From Azolla caroliniana (lineage: Eukaryota > Plantae > Polypodiophyta), in assembly GCA_043228905.1 (NCBI GenBank), contig JBHGNT010000004.1:25110001-25174000 (forward strand): DNA of 64,000 nucleotides. Reading direction: 5' to 3'. The translations under genes and the position numbers were made by a program. The notes below the pieces were generated by a model. It had not been told where the DNA came from, made no database searches, and was given only the letters and a program-made list of their open reading frames with translations. Positions 24,182 through 39,569 of this stretch are shown here, piece after piece. Each line of letters starts with the position of its first letter. Within the stretch, counting starts at the first letter, position 1.

Positions 24182-27100
24182 ATGGCTGAGCATGCCAATA
24201 TGGTAGCCACCTATAGCCAGATCTCAAATGCTCAAGAAGCTCACAAAGGTGGAATTGTTCGGCAATCAAACGGTGATGCATATACAAGGCCGGCAAACTT
24301 ACAAAATTATGGAAATGAGTCTGGTGCACCAAAGTTACAGAATCACAGAAATGCGTCTGACATTGGGCTTATTGATCCTCATGATCGAGATGATGATATA
24401 TCGCACGAGGCGGATACAGATGTTGATGTGGACGAGGGTAAGTGCCTAGAGATGATCGTTCCAGTCTCAGGTTGTGGACCTGAAGGACACCCGCAATTCT
24501 ACCCTCCGCCATCGGCTTCACATGATGAAGTGATAAGCGATCCAAAACTGTTCATTGAAACCTTGGAGGACTTCCTCGCTGCCCTTGGGATGACCCTAAA
24601 GTAAGTGAATGTGTAGCTATCAAACATTCTTGCAACACTTCGTTTCTTTGCATTTTGCTGCATTGTGGTTGGAAATGACGAAATGAATTCTTCTCGTAGC
24701 TTTAGTTTGTATGAACCAGTTCCTCGAATCTTCTGCATTAATGCTAGATAATGAGGATGTTTTTGTAATCTTAATTCTTGGCGAAACAGCTGTTTCTTCT
24801 GTAGGCTTGGTTCTTGCAAGTGGTATTTTTTTTTCTAATGCATCATCCCTTTTTCATATGAACTGTACGTGTATGCTGTGGTGTTTTTTGGCTTATATAA
24901 CAAGGAAGAATTTTTAATTTTTTACATTTCAGGGTACCAAAGGTAGGGGGAAAAGAGATCAATTTGCATCACTTCTATTGTGAAGTTACTGCACGTGGTG
25001 GTCTTGCACAGGTAATCAAAGGAGAGCATATGCATTTTGGTCTTGAGTGACATTCAATTTCTACAAAATGAATGTGATATGTACCGTATGTTTGTATATA
25101 CATATATATTTTCATACATAGATATATGTATTTATGGAGAAATTATAAATGCATGTATAGATAGATAATACACGAATACATGTACTATGTACTTACCCAT
25201 ATTATGTAAGTTGAAATTGGTTTTGGACGAATTAAATCATTGCTGATGCTTATTATTTTGGTTGGCCTTGTATAGGTCATTAGATTGGCTAGCTGGAAAG
25301 ACCTTTGTGATGCTTTGGAAATTCCACGCTCCCTACCCAACCGATATTATGTTCTCCGCAAACATTATGCGAATATGTTGTTTCATTTTGAGCAAGTCTA
25401 TTTCTTCAGATTTGAAGGACAACTTCTATCTCCTCCTGGTATGATGTACAAAAATGTAATATGACATGCGAAAAGTGTTTTTATTTGTGATTGCTTCTTT
25501 AACACGTGTGTCCAATTCAATGGTTTGTGGGGTAGGTCCATTGGCTGCACCTATTCCCCTGGACCAGCATCCAGAGCCGGGGTCTCCTTATGAGGTGCCG
25601 TCTGAGATGAGGTCCTTGTTGAAGAAGAAAAAACGGAAGCTAGATCCAATTGAAGTTTTTGGAGGTGAATATTCTTTCTATGTGCCATATCTTGGATGAA
25701 GAAAATGAAAATTGCTTTTTTCTTTTTAATGTTCCTTTTACTTAGGCAGTGCTATTATCCTTTTCCACTGGTCAAGTTTTGTAAATGAATTTCTAAACGC
25801 ATTATGTTTTACAGGATAAAGTGCTCAATTGTATATGATAATCAAACCTACATTGCGAATACTTTTTACAATGAACAATCACTTTAGGTCCATCTTTTTG
25901 GATTTGAACCTGTAATCTCACCGTTAAAGCATAGTCTGTACTATGGCACCGTAATGTCTACTTTGTAATAATAATATTTCCGTACTCTGCTTTAATGTGC
26001 AATGTCTTTGTTCTTTTTGCAGTTGATCCTGCCTCATCTGTTGGCACAGTTTCCACTGGAGCTATTAATGGGAAATTTGATGAAGGTTACTTTGTGTCAG
26101 TAGTGGTCGGTACCGAAAAACTAAGTGGTTTTTTATATCACTTCGCTCCTCGCAATAAGGTCCAGCAATTTGCAAGTGTTCCTAGCTTGCTTGATGGCTT
26201 GGGAACCGGAGAGTCTCCAACAGGTTTAGAGATACAGCTATATGGGAAGAAAAGAAAAGAATATGTTCGAAGGAAGGATCTGAATGGTCCCAAAAGGACT
26301 CGGACAGGATATAACATTTATTTCAAAGAACAACGAGCACGGTTAAAAGAGCTTTACCCAGATAGTAAGGGACTTGGCAAGAAGGTTATCGATATGTGGA
26401 ACAAGCTTCCCGAGAATGAGAAATCTGTAAGTATTCTTATGCTCATTACTTTTTTTGTTCTAGTAATACTTGATATTACTGGTGGGTAACCTCTACCTGG
26501 GTCACCAAATACGATAACCAAAGAAATTATTAGAAACATTCAAATAGGACTGGCCTTATGTATGCTCCTCGATATCATGTGAAATTATAGCAAGCATGTT
26601 GAGATTTCCCTAGTGCAAAAACCCAAATATCCTGGTATAGATTGGAAATAATTTGATACGATGTGATATTTCCACACTATCTAGAAAGTCTGTAGAATCT
26701 GTCCCATCTAAAAGACAGTGGAAGTGGCTCAATACAATTTTACATGTATGTTACATAGGCATACTATACTAGTATGAAGTCACTAAGTTTTTGGTTCTTG
26801 TTTTTTTGCAGTACTATAATGCTCTTGGTAATGTAGAGAAGGAAAGGTGCTTAGCAGAATACAGAGAAAAGATGAGGTTGCAAAAATTGCAAGGCAATGA
26901 GAAAGCAGATGGTAACGGAGGAGGCAATGCACCATATGTAGCTGAGGCCAATGGTGGTGCTTATTATGTTAGTCATGATTATCATGTATCCTTAGATGTG
27001 GAAAACGAGGTCCATGCTACTGCTCCAAACGCATTAGAAGTATCAGATCAACAAGCTTATCATGGTTATCATGCACATGAACCACAACCTGAGACAAATC

Positions 27101-27930
27101 ATTCAGTCACCGAGCAAACTTATGAAGTGCAAGATGATGAAGGTTATTATCCCCACGGGCCTGTCTCTGAGCAAGAGTATGAGGAAGAAGAAGAGGAGGA
27201 GAATAACGAGGCAGAGGAAGCATATGAACCGGACGATGATGATACAATATACCGAAGTGCGGATAAGATCTTAGAAGAGCAAGAAGATGCAAATGAAGAA
27301 TCAGATCACGATATTACACATGAAGAGGGTTGTCATGGAGATGCTGCAAATGAAGCTATGACACAGGAACCTAACGCACTCCATGACTCTCTAATTGCAA
27401 AACATGCATACTATGGTCACGGTCATACGCACCCATATCTATCACAAGGAGATGGAGCTCGCATAGAACAATCACCTTATCGGGTTCAAGATAATGGGCA
27501 AGTTATGTATCCTCAGAATGGGCGACCAGATATACCATCGGTTGATAATGGCATGTCACAACAAAACCTTGGGTATGGATATATGCACACTGTGGCACCC
27601 TTACATATACAAAACCAAGATATGGTAGCAAGCATTCAAACACATCCAGAGCAACGAGCATACCAACCTGAAATGTATTCTTATCCTATCCCAATGCCAC
27701 ATGGACAGATGTATGGGCACCCATCGTTGCCACCTCATGCATATCCTCTACGTTTTCCACAACCATCCTATCCTGTGCAATGGAACGATCCACAAGCTTT
27801 TATGCATGGGCATCATGGGCTCAGACCACATTTACATCGACCATCAGCCATCACTCCAGAGGTTCGGCCATCATTGCAATCATATCAAGCCCAACAAGAT
27901 CATAGTCATGGACATATGTATGGTGCCTAA
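24182..27930 (+). CDS. ARID-HMG box DNA-binding protein (HMGB9/10/15-like), ~770 aa, 6 exons
   Basis: Exons 24182-24600, 24933-25011, 25276-25438, 25536-25664, 26023-26426, 26812-27930 (2313 nt, in phase). ARID domain (LFIETLEDF...KVPKVGGKEINLHHFYCEVTARGGLAQVIRLASW...LRKHYANMLFHFEQVYFF), GAINGKFDEGYFVSVVVGTEKLSGFLYH, and HMG box (PKRTRTGYNIYFKEQRARLK...MWNKLPENEKSYY...EKER). Confidence 0.93.
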
Positions 27931-28120
27931 GGTAGGAGTCAAATGCACTCTTTTACCACATGTATTCAGTGCCTAAGGTAGGAGTCGAATGCTTGATATC
28001 ATTGCAATCATATCAAGCCCAACAAGATCATAGTCATGGACATATGTATGGTGCCTAAGGTAGGAGTCAAATGCACTCTTTTACCACATGTATTCAGTGC
28101 CTAAGGTAGGAGTCGAATGC
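27870..28120. repeat. 123-bp exact tandem duplication of the ARID-HMG last codons, stop and proximal 3' UTR
   Basis: 27870-27992 is repeated at 27998-28120 with a 5-nt TTGAT spacer. The submotif GTGCCTAAGGTAGGAGTC occurs four times. Confidence 0.95.
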
Positions 28121-29081
28121 AGTCTTTCACTACCATGTATTCTTAGTCATACCTCCAAATGCTTACTTTTTTCCAACCCTATTTTTGATGACCATCCATT
28201 TGAGGAGCAGTTGCATTTTCCAACTCATCTCTTTACCCCTTCTCACAAATCTCTCCCCCAACCACTCCTTGCCTCTCTCTGTGAGTACAATTCTTGTACA
28301 TGGGGTGAGTTCTTGTAAAATTAGTACTGCTGTACATAGGTTGCTTGCCCTAAATTGAATACATCGCTTTTAATGATGGAAATGTTGGGTTTAAAACTTC
28401 AAAAGATGCAGAAGTAATGATCATGTTGACATTTGAGAATTTCAACGTATAGTGTGCAGATTCAAGTCTACCCCCAATGCTTGTGTTAGGTTGGCGGCAC
28501 AAGCTACATGCTTCCTACATTAGATCAAACTTTCTTTGTCAGAAGTGTTTTTAGCTGCTTCTCAAAAACAGTAAGATTACATTGATGTTCTTTTAAGAAG
28601 TATAGTACAATAGTCATTGTAGATGTTTTGTTGGCGAAAAACATGATTTGATGCATACTGCAGTCATGCTCTTGAGACCACAAGAGGATTTGAATGAACC
28701 CTCTATAAATTAAAGAGGATTGCCAAGAACATGGCGAGAAAAAAGAGAGGCCTTAAGGTTTACTAAGATGCCAATGTGATCCATGAGACAATCTCTTGAG
28801 TTGAAATGAAATGAGCTGTTATACATGAAAGAAATTGCTAGTAGGTTCCAAGTACAAGGGGCCTAAAGATAGGTGCTAGTATGTTCCAAGTACAAGGTTC
28901 CAACCTTAATAATAGTTCTTAATCGTTCATGGGTGATAATGTTCTTGTAGTATCAATATTGAGTAAATATTACTTGTTTATGTATGAGTAAACGTTGCAT
29001 GTATTGGAACAAACAAGTGATACATGATGTACCATGTAATGTAGTCCATTTCCAAAAGCCCGTTTACCCACCTCTACACCA

Positions 29082-31721
29082 CTAAGCATCTGCATAGATG
29101 TTACACATGCAAGCATAGATAGAAGGATCTTTCTTGTCCAAACACAAAGCATGCTCAAAAGCTTTTCTGCCAAGGTCCACATTACCACACTTTTGACAAG
29201 CATCCATTAGAATGTACCATAAGATAGGATCAGGAGAAACTGACATTTCCTCAATGATAGTGATAGCCCTTTCCAAAAGGCCAGCTCGACATATAAGGTC
29301 CACCATACAACTATAGTGTTCGAGTGTTGGATCAATGTCATAGATTTCTATCATGGCCTTAAAGTATAACTCGCCATTATCCACTTGACCTCCTCCATGA
29401 TTGCATGCGCTTAAAATCGTAACAAATGTAGCTTCATCAGGAATTTTACCTTCTTCTCTCATCTTCTCGAGCATATAGAAGACGTATTCAGTTTCTCCTC
29501 GCTCAACATATCCCCCAATAAGTACGGTCCATGATAAAGTGGTTTGAAGAGGAAGCATGTCAAACACTTCTTGCGCTTTTCCAATGCGAAAACATTTTAC
29601 ATACATCTCAATCAATGAATTACCAAGAACAAGATCTTTCTCCAACAACCCATATCTTGCTATCTCGGAGTGTGTTGCAATACCCTTATGAATGGCTCCA
29701 ATGTTGCCACAAGCTTTTAATATACAAGCAAATGTGATGGCATCTGGAAAAACACCATCAATTTGCATACGTTCATAACAACTCAACGCTTCCTCGGCAT
29801 GTTCTGCCTTAGCATAACCTGAAATTAATGTAGTCCATGAGACGACATCTTTTATAGAAAGTTCATTGAATACTTCTTGGGCTTTCTGAAGCAAGCCACA
29901 TTTCGCACACATGTCTATCAATGCATTGCCAATGACAAGGTCCCCTCGGAACAACCCTTTCTTTGTTATCTCATCATGTATATTTCTCCCTTCATTCATA
30001 GCTTCAGCACTACCACATGCTTTCAAGATGGAAGTAAGAGTGGTAGAATCAGGAGAAAGGCCTTCGAGTTGCATACATTTAAGACAGTCAACAGCTTCTC
30101 TTGCCTTCTTGTGCAAAGCATAACCTGTGAATAGCGCATTCCATGAACCTATATCTCTAACACAAAGTTTTTCGTGGAAGTGCAGAGCTTCTGAAAACAA
30201 GCCACACTTGGCATACATATTGATGAGTGCATTTCCGAGAGCAAGGTCATTATCTGATGACCCTTTCCTGTTCATTTCCGAATATATTTCTCCACCCATG
30301 ATCGAATCTTGTAGAATACCACATGCTTTCAAGCAACAAACATACGTAATTGAATTTGGACACACTCCTTCAGGCTGCATTTGCCTATAGAGGTTCAGTG
30401 CTTCCTTAGCATGCCCATGATTAGTGTAGCCTAAAGCCAGTACTGTCCAAGAAACCACATTTCTAATGAGAAGGTTATCAAAAACTTCTTGAGCTTTTGT
30501 GAAGAACCCACATTTTGCATACATATCTACTAAAGCATTGCCAATAACATCCCCTTGTTCCAAGGGTCCAACTCTGGCATGAATTTCTATAGCTTTACCC
30601 ATGGTCCTAGCACATCGACAAGCTTTTAGACAGCATGTAAACGTGATGATATCAGGAAGAATTCCCTCTTGCTGCATCTGATGGAAGCAATAGTGTGTTT
30701 CCTCAACAATCTCCTTTTGACCATATCCAGAAATTAATGCATTCCATGAGATCAAATCTCGAGCTGGAATCCTGCGAAATACTTCTCGAGCTTCCACAAG
30801 CCATCCACTCTCAGCATATATGTCAATGAGTGTGTTTCCCACAGTAAGGTCTTTCTCAAGCAACCCATTAAATGCAATTAACGAATGCAATTTGCTTCTT
30901 ATGCTTTCCACTCTGGTGCTATAACCACAAGCTTTCAAACTGCAAAGATAGGCAACTGAATCCAGACAAATCCCTTCTGCTTGCATCTGTTCAAAATACT
31001 GCAGGGCTTTCTCTCCATACCTTTGTCTGGTATATCCCATGATCAAAGACGTCCAAGAAACTTTGTCTCTAATTGGAAGCTTCTCGAACAAATTCACAGC
31101 ATTTGTGAATGAGCCACATTTAGCATACATATCCACTAATGCATTACCGATGAAGACCTCTCCTTCAAGATATCCTTTCTTCTCAATATCAATGTGTATT
31201 TCTCGCCCTTTTTCTATCGCTTTGGTGGAGCTACACACTTTCAAAACGCAAATAAAAGTGGCAACATTTGGAGATACACCTTCCAATTGCATATATTCAA
31301 AGAATTTCATTGCATCTTCAGTATACATAGCATCTATACCAGTTATTAAAGCAGTCCAAGAGACCACATCCCTCACAGGAAGTGTTTCGAACACTTCTTG
31401 TGCTTTTGCAAACAAGCCACATTTTGAATACATATGAACTAAAGTGTTACCAAGAAACGAATTTGATTCCTCAAGGAGACCATTGTTAACAACATCAACA
31501 TGCAAACTATGCCCTCGATCGACATCTTTTAGCTCTCCACAAGCTTTCATCAAAGCCACAAAAGTGGCTACATACGTACGCATAGAGGGGTGATTTTTTC
31601 GCATTTCCCCATAAGTAAGGAGAGCTTTTTGAGGCTCTTTGGATCGAGCAAAGCATAGAATAAGAGAATTCCAAGAGCTCTCGGTGCGAAAAGGCCCTGA
31701 GATTCCTCGAGCGATGCACAT
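29082..31721 (-). CDS. PLS-class pentatricopeptide repeat protein with E domain, no DYW (~880 aa); start uncertain
   Basis: Intronless ORF with many P-L-S triplets (VVSWTALI, ATFICVLKVC, GNALVDMYAKCG), S2 (PTLEHYSCMVDLICRAG) and E motifs (PDPILWYILMDACQKCGNVDLGRKAF). First in-frame ATG at 31721; the frame stays open upstream to about 31907. Confidence 0.93.
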   Translation of the reverse strand: MCIARGISGPFRTESSWNSLILCFARSKEPQKALLTYGEMRKNHPSMRTYVATFVALMKACGELKDVDRGHSLHVDVVNNGLLEESNSFLGNTLVHMYSKCGLFAKAQEVFETLPVRDVVSWTALITGIDAMYTEDAMKFFEYMQLEGVSPNVATFICVLKVCSSTKAIEKGREIHIDIEKKGYLEGEVFIGNALVDMYAKCGSFTNAVNLFEKLPIRDKVSWTSLIMGYTRQRYGEKALQYFEQMQAEGICLDSVAYLCSLKACGYSTRVESIRSKLHSLIAFNGLLEKDLTVGNTLIDIYAESGWLVEAREVFRRIPARDLISWNALISGYGQKEIVEETHYCFHQMQQEGILPDIITFTCCLKACRCARTMGKAIEIHARVGPLEQGDVIGNALVDMYAKCGFFTKAQEVFDNLLIRNVVSWTVLALGYTNHGHAKEALNLYRQMQPEGVCPNSITYVCCLKACGILQDSIMGGEIYSEMNRKGSSDNDLALGNALINMYAKCGLFSEALHFHEKLCVRDIGSWNALFTGYALHKKAREAVDCLKCMQLEGLSPDSTTLTSILKACGSAEAMNEGRNIHDEITKKGLFRGDLVIGNALIDMCAKCGLLQKAQEVFNELSIKDVVSWTTLISGYAKAEHAEEALSCYERMQIDGVFPDAITFACILKACGNIGAIHKGIATHSEIARYGLLEKDLVLGNSLIEMYVKCFRIGKAQEVFDMLPLQTTLSWTVLIGGYVERGETEYVFYMLEKMREEGKIPDEATFVTILSACNHGGGQVDNGELYFKAMIEIYDIDPTLEHYSCMVDLICRAGLLERAITIIEEMSVSPDPILWYILMDACQKCGNVDLGRKAFEHALCLDKKDPSIYACMCNIYADA

Positions 31722-33134
31722 GTTTTCCAGGTCCACTGTTTTTCTTTCCTTTCTGCTCTTGGATGGTATCTTTCCTCCCCCATTCCTTCTCTTTCCAAAG
31801 CAATCTTGGTCTGGTGTCTTGATTCTTCTTCTACTGCTAGTACTACTGATTTTCTCTGATTCCTCTGTTCCTTTGTAAGGGAGTTTTGTATTTTTACCAG
31901 AAAACGATTATCAAAGTACCCCTGCATAAACTTTTGGATATTTACCAAAGTAGCCCCTCCAATTTCAACAATTTCCAACATACCCCTCTAATACAAATTG
32001 GGTTGTATCCTTAGATGCCTCACGAGGTAGGTAGGGGTATATTTTGGTGTGTCGCTCTGTTCTTGTAACAAAAACCCGTTGTTTCATGCATGGAAGTTTA
32101 ACCTCAGCCGATTAGTTCAGAATATTTTCATGATCACTATTGGACATCAATCATCCCTTAATTGTCTTTAGACTGATTAGTTAAGAATGTTTCTCAACAC
32201 TCGTGGGCTTTGTCCGAAAGAGGTCTTTCTTTTTATCCTAGGCGCTCTTTCATTTCTGTGCAACCTTGGAAGCCAATGATCGATCTCCCTTTGTCCCTGT
32301 ATTTTATCTTATCACCTTGTTATGAGAGACCACAATTTGAATTATATATCCAAATTGCTTCCATAATCAAGATAAAAAGTGAAGGTACTCACAATGCATG
32401 TGCATGTCTATTAGGTATGCATGACACAAGATGTAGATGGACACGTGTAATTGGCTCATACAACTTAATATAATTAATTAGTAGACAAAATGCATGGAAG
32501 TCAATGCTAATTCTTGTGGCTACTTTCGAAATATGCTTCAGAACAAGCATCTTGATTTACTAGTGAATCTTCATGTTTCTCATGAACTTCGAGGACATTC
32601 CCACTAGATAGGCTTAGTCTTGTATTATGCTTTGTTGATACTAGAAGCCTCCCAACTAGGACAAGCAATTTGTCCACTTTCTCTCAAGCACTAGTACTAG
32701 AGATGTAATACCATAAGTGCACATGCAAAGTAGTAGATAGACTGTTGCCCAAAGAAGCATTATAAAACATTTGAACCCGCCATCATTTGCAGATGAAAAT
32801 TTATGGAATGGGGATGCCTAGGGTTCGAGCAGTGTTGGAAAGGATACATCGATATCTATTCGATCACTCATAGAAAGAGCATGCACAAGCACTGAGAGAG
32901 GATTACGATATTTGTTTGGCCAACGTGGAAGAAGGATACATATGATCGATCGAAGTGCAATGTAATGCCGGTCTTCGGTGAGCGTGGGGTAGGTCAGGTC
33001 AGGTCAGGACACCACGATACGAGCAAATGGTTTCATGATTCATCATTCACATCATCAACATGTATGTACATGTGTCCAACCAAAGACGCCCAAAGGTGGG
33101 AACAAGTGTGAAACCAAACTCTGATACAAAAAAA

Positions 33135-33143
33135 TTAGGGTTT
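33135..33143 (-). promoter_or_regulatory. Telo-box upstream of RPS9
   Basis: TTAGGGTTT (AAACCCTAA) about 95 bp before the ATG; telo-boxes are typical of plant ribosomal-protein gene promoters. Confidence 0.6.
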
Positions 33144-33234
33144 CGAAACTCTCCTCACAGGCGGACAATCCCCTTCCTACCTCTCTGTGTCCAACAGGTG
33201 AAGCCGCAGAAGGAGAGCCGATTGACAGGCAGCT

Positions 33235-36123
<2,889 letters not shown>

Positions 36124-38059
36124 ATAGGTTGTATGAGTTTTCTGTCATTAGGAATTCTTGCAATTTTGTACTGATTTATAGGAGAAAGTTGAGTTCCCTT
36201 TTTACATTTTTAAGTTCTCATACTAATGTGACGCTAAGGTCTTTTTCATTAATGTTGCTTCTTTATCATTTATTTATTGTTGGGTGGTGGGATGTTACCT
36301 GTTGTCTCTGAAAGTGAGGAATTTCTAGATGTGCATCTAGCTTCTGCAAATCCTTTTTACATTGAAATCTCTTGTTTTCAATCTTATGACATGGCTTGAC
36401 AATATGCCGTAGCCATTGCAGAAGGATAAGCATCTGTGATATAAAATGAGGATGCCAAGTATTTTTTATGGCGAGAAGTCTTTTTGTAGTGATGTGAACA
36501 GAGACATTGACAAGCAAATACATTCTGTCATTTTACCTTTTTTAAAGTTTACTTGTTTGGAGTGTCCAAAATCTGATGTTTTAGGCAAAGTTATACTGTC
36601 AATGATACTTTGTGGTGCCTTTTTCTTGTGTTTTTGGTGCCAAAATAGTATTCATCAAGACCTATTTCTTTTCTTGTCTTTGTCTTGTGGCCCCTTTATG
36701 GTCGCAATAGTATTATATATACATTATTGGAATATTAAGCCAGTTTTAAGTGTGACTATCCTTTGAGACAGGTGGTAAAAAACATGTGAAATTGCAATGT
36801 CCATGATCAAGACCACCTCTGCAATATTTATTGTTCTTGCCTTTAACATGCTCCAGAGAGAAGTTTGTCCATATGTATCCTTGTTGCACTTGAAAACGTT
36901 GTATATCGGTATGAGGGGCCATCAATTTGTGGGTGATACGATTGATAGTAATTTAAGTTAGGGGCATTTCTAAAGTGCTTTCAAATATAGGTGTTCATTA
37001 CGCTATTGATTAATGATAATAACCTAACAGCACCTCCTGGTAAAGGCAATGCAATATAATAGATAATTATTGGGATGTCTTTTGAATGGAAGATTGAGGC
37101 ATTTGAATGACAACAACTTGGCATTCAAAGAGTATGGTTGTTGATTTTCCTTCATGGGTGAGCTTGCTAAAATTGATGATCATAATCTTTTACATTTTTT
37201 TTCTCAAGTCAATGGTTGTAATTTATGATCATTTGGTTGTTGTATGCTTGCTTAGTACTCAGGATTAAGAAAAATAGAAGTGGTCTAGGTTTGATTTTTG
37301 GTAAGTCTTGGAGACTATATTTTGGATGTTAACCGTTACACCTAGAATAGCATGCATACACAAGTTGAAGAATCAACAACTCTTTGTCCTATATCTCTTA
37401 GTCATGGTCTACTTTGCATGTAGTGTGGCACAAGTTTTAAACATAGTTCCTAAATTGGAGGCGTTTTCTCATAGATAATATGGTTAAGTATCTATCTATG
37501 TAATCGATAATAATGATTAAAATGAGTATATAATGAAGTCAATGTTCATGTTTACCCCACAATGCTATGACAGAATGAGATATTCCATCATCACCCATGC
37601 TAAAAAGTATCCCAAAAGGCTTTTGACATTGCCTTAGAAAGTTTTAGACTATGGTAAGTGAATTTCCGAAAGCGTAAACATTGTTAATTTGAAAGGTGGA
37701 GAGACAATAATATCACCATCTCATGACCTAGTAGTATTCAATTGTCTCGACACACTCCAGTGATGACTTGAGAAATCTTCGATGGACACTAAACCGTTGA
37801 TTTGCTTGGGCAAGGGCGGGTTCACACCGACCGACATATGATTGGCACAATGCAAAAGGCCAGCCAGATCTTCGTCTTCTTCTTCGGTTGGCGGCCGTGT
37901 TCCATGGAACCTTTTGTTGGTCGTGGATGCCACGTCATGCCCATCCATCCATCCATACAGAAGCTGCTTTCACTCTGCACTTTTTTAGGGTTTTGCTGAT
38001 CTCTGTCTCCGACAAGACTAAACCTCTGTCTGTCTGTCTGTCTGTCTGTCTCTCCATCT

Positions 38060-39538
38060 ATGGCCATGGCGATCGCCAAATCGAATGTTCTCGCTCGGAA
38101 TCTTCTCACAGCCTCTACTTCTCGTCTAGTCGATGGATCTATGCACAAGGTACAGCGACCTCTGCTCCGCTCCCTGATCCCTCTTTTTTTCCTTTGTTTC
38201 CGTCGTTCGAATTTTCCTTTTCTTTGTTTACCCGCTGCTATTGTTTGTTACTGAGATCATTAATCACGTGATCTATGCTCACCCGCAGTAGGGACGATTT
38301 TCTTTCGTATGCATTGATGAAGTTAATTAATGGATAAATTGTACGATAGAGAGGAACCTTTTGTGTATGTGGAAAGGTGAATTTATGGAATGAATGGACA
38401 CGGGGAAGACTCAGAGGCACATTTAGCAATGCATGGACGGATTTTAGCTATTATTATTGTATCCACATGCCCAGAAGTGGATTCCCTCATTACGAAAGAC
38501 ATCCAGGTTGGGGGGAAGGGAGAGCCAGATCAGTTGGTATGGCTGTTTGGTGTAGACAAAACGGTGGTATGGAGGAATAGTAGTGTATAATATACATGGC
38601 TAGATTTTAGTTTGATCCAATAGTATATTTTAAGCTTGATCCAATTTTAGTTTGATCCGACTGCATTTGCTTACTTCAGAAGACAGAATATCCTCCAAAG
38701 CTTTATTGCTCAATTTGGTTTCAGTATATTGGACAGAATAACTGTTTTTCAGCTTCCAGAATTGCAATGGAAGTCTTGAATTATGTTCACCAGTTTTATG
38801 ATTTATGCCATTAGCTTGTTTCTTTATTTATAATTTGAGTAATGATGCCAAGTCAGCATGTGTTTTCTCTTCCATAAGGTGCACTTAATATAGATGATGA
38901 GAATATGTGCACCCAATTCAGATAATGAGAACGTGTGTTTCTTGAAGATGGACTCTCCCTGTTGCTCAGGTTCATCCTGAACTATCAGACCTTGAATTAT
39001 ATGTATTTGTGACGCAGTTGGAGATAAGGTACAGGTGGTAAATGATTGGTTCAGGAGTCCTAAAGTGCCACGTTTGTCCATCATGCCTTTTTGATGGTAC
39101 TAGTTCATTGGCAGTTTTGTTTTGCTAATTTATGGTCCCTTGTGTTCGTCGTCAATAAGCCTTTTATCTTTTGACCTAGTAAATGATATTCTTGATAAGG
39201 GTACTGAATTACAAGGTTTATGGGAATGATTTTTGAGGCCTGCCAATGTTGTTTTCGTAAATTGGTTCATGATGTTGTATAGAAGGAAGCCATTTTTGTA
39301 TACATAGTGGGATTGTTAGTTAAATTCATTTTAAATTTATTCATTTACATTCCATTTATTGTGCGGAGTTAGATTGATGTTTATGCTTTATTCTGGCCAG
39401 CTATTGGGTGCTGAAAACCTGACTTCAGTGCGCCACTATGCAAATGCTCCAGCAACTTCTGAGGAACAAGGTACTTTCTAATTTCTGTAAAGTTTGCTGC
39501 ACTGTGTGAACTTAGTATCTAGTAAAAAATAAATATAG

Positions 39539-39569
<31 letters not shown>

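Noticed and set aside
29531-31437. Plus-strand ORFs within the second PPR gene (and minus-strand ORFs at 427-720)
   Set aside because: Antisense shadows of repetitive PPR coding sequence.
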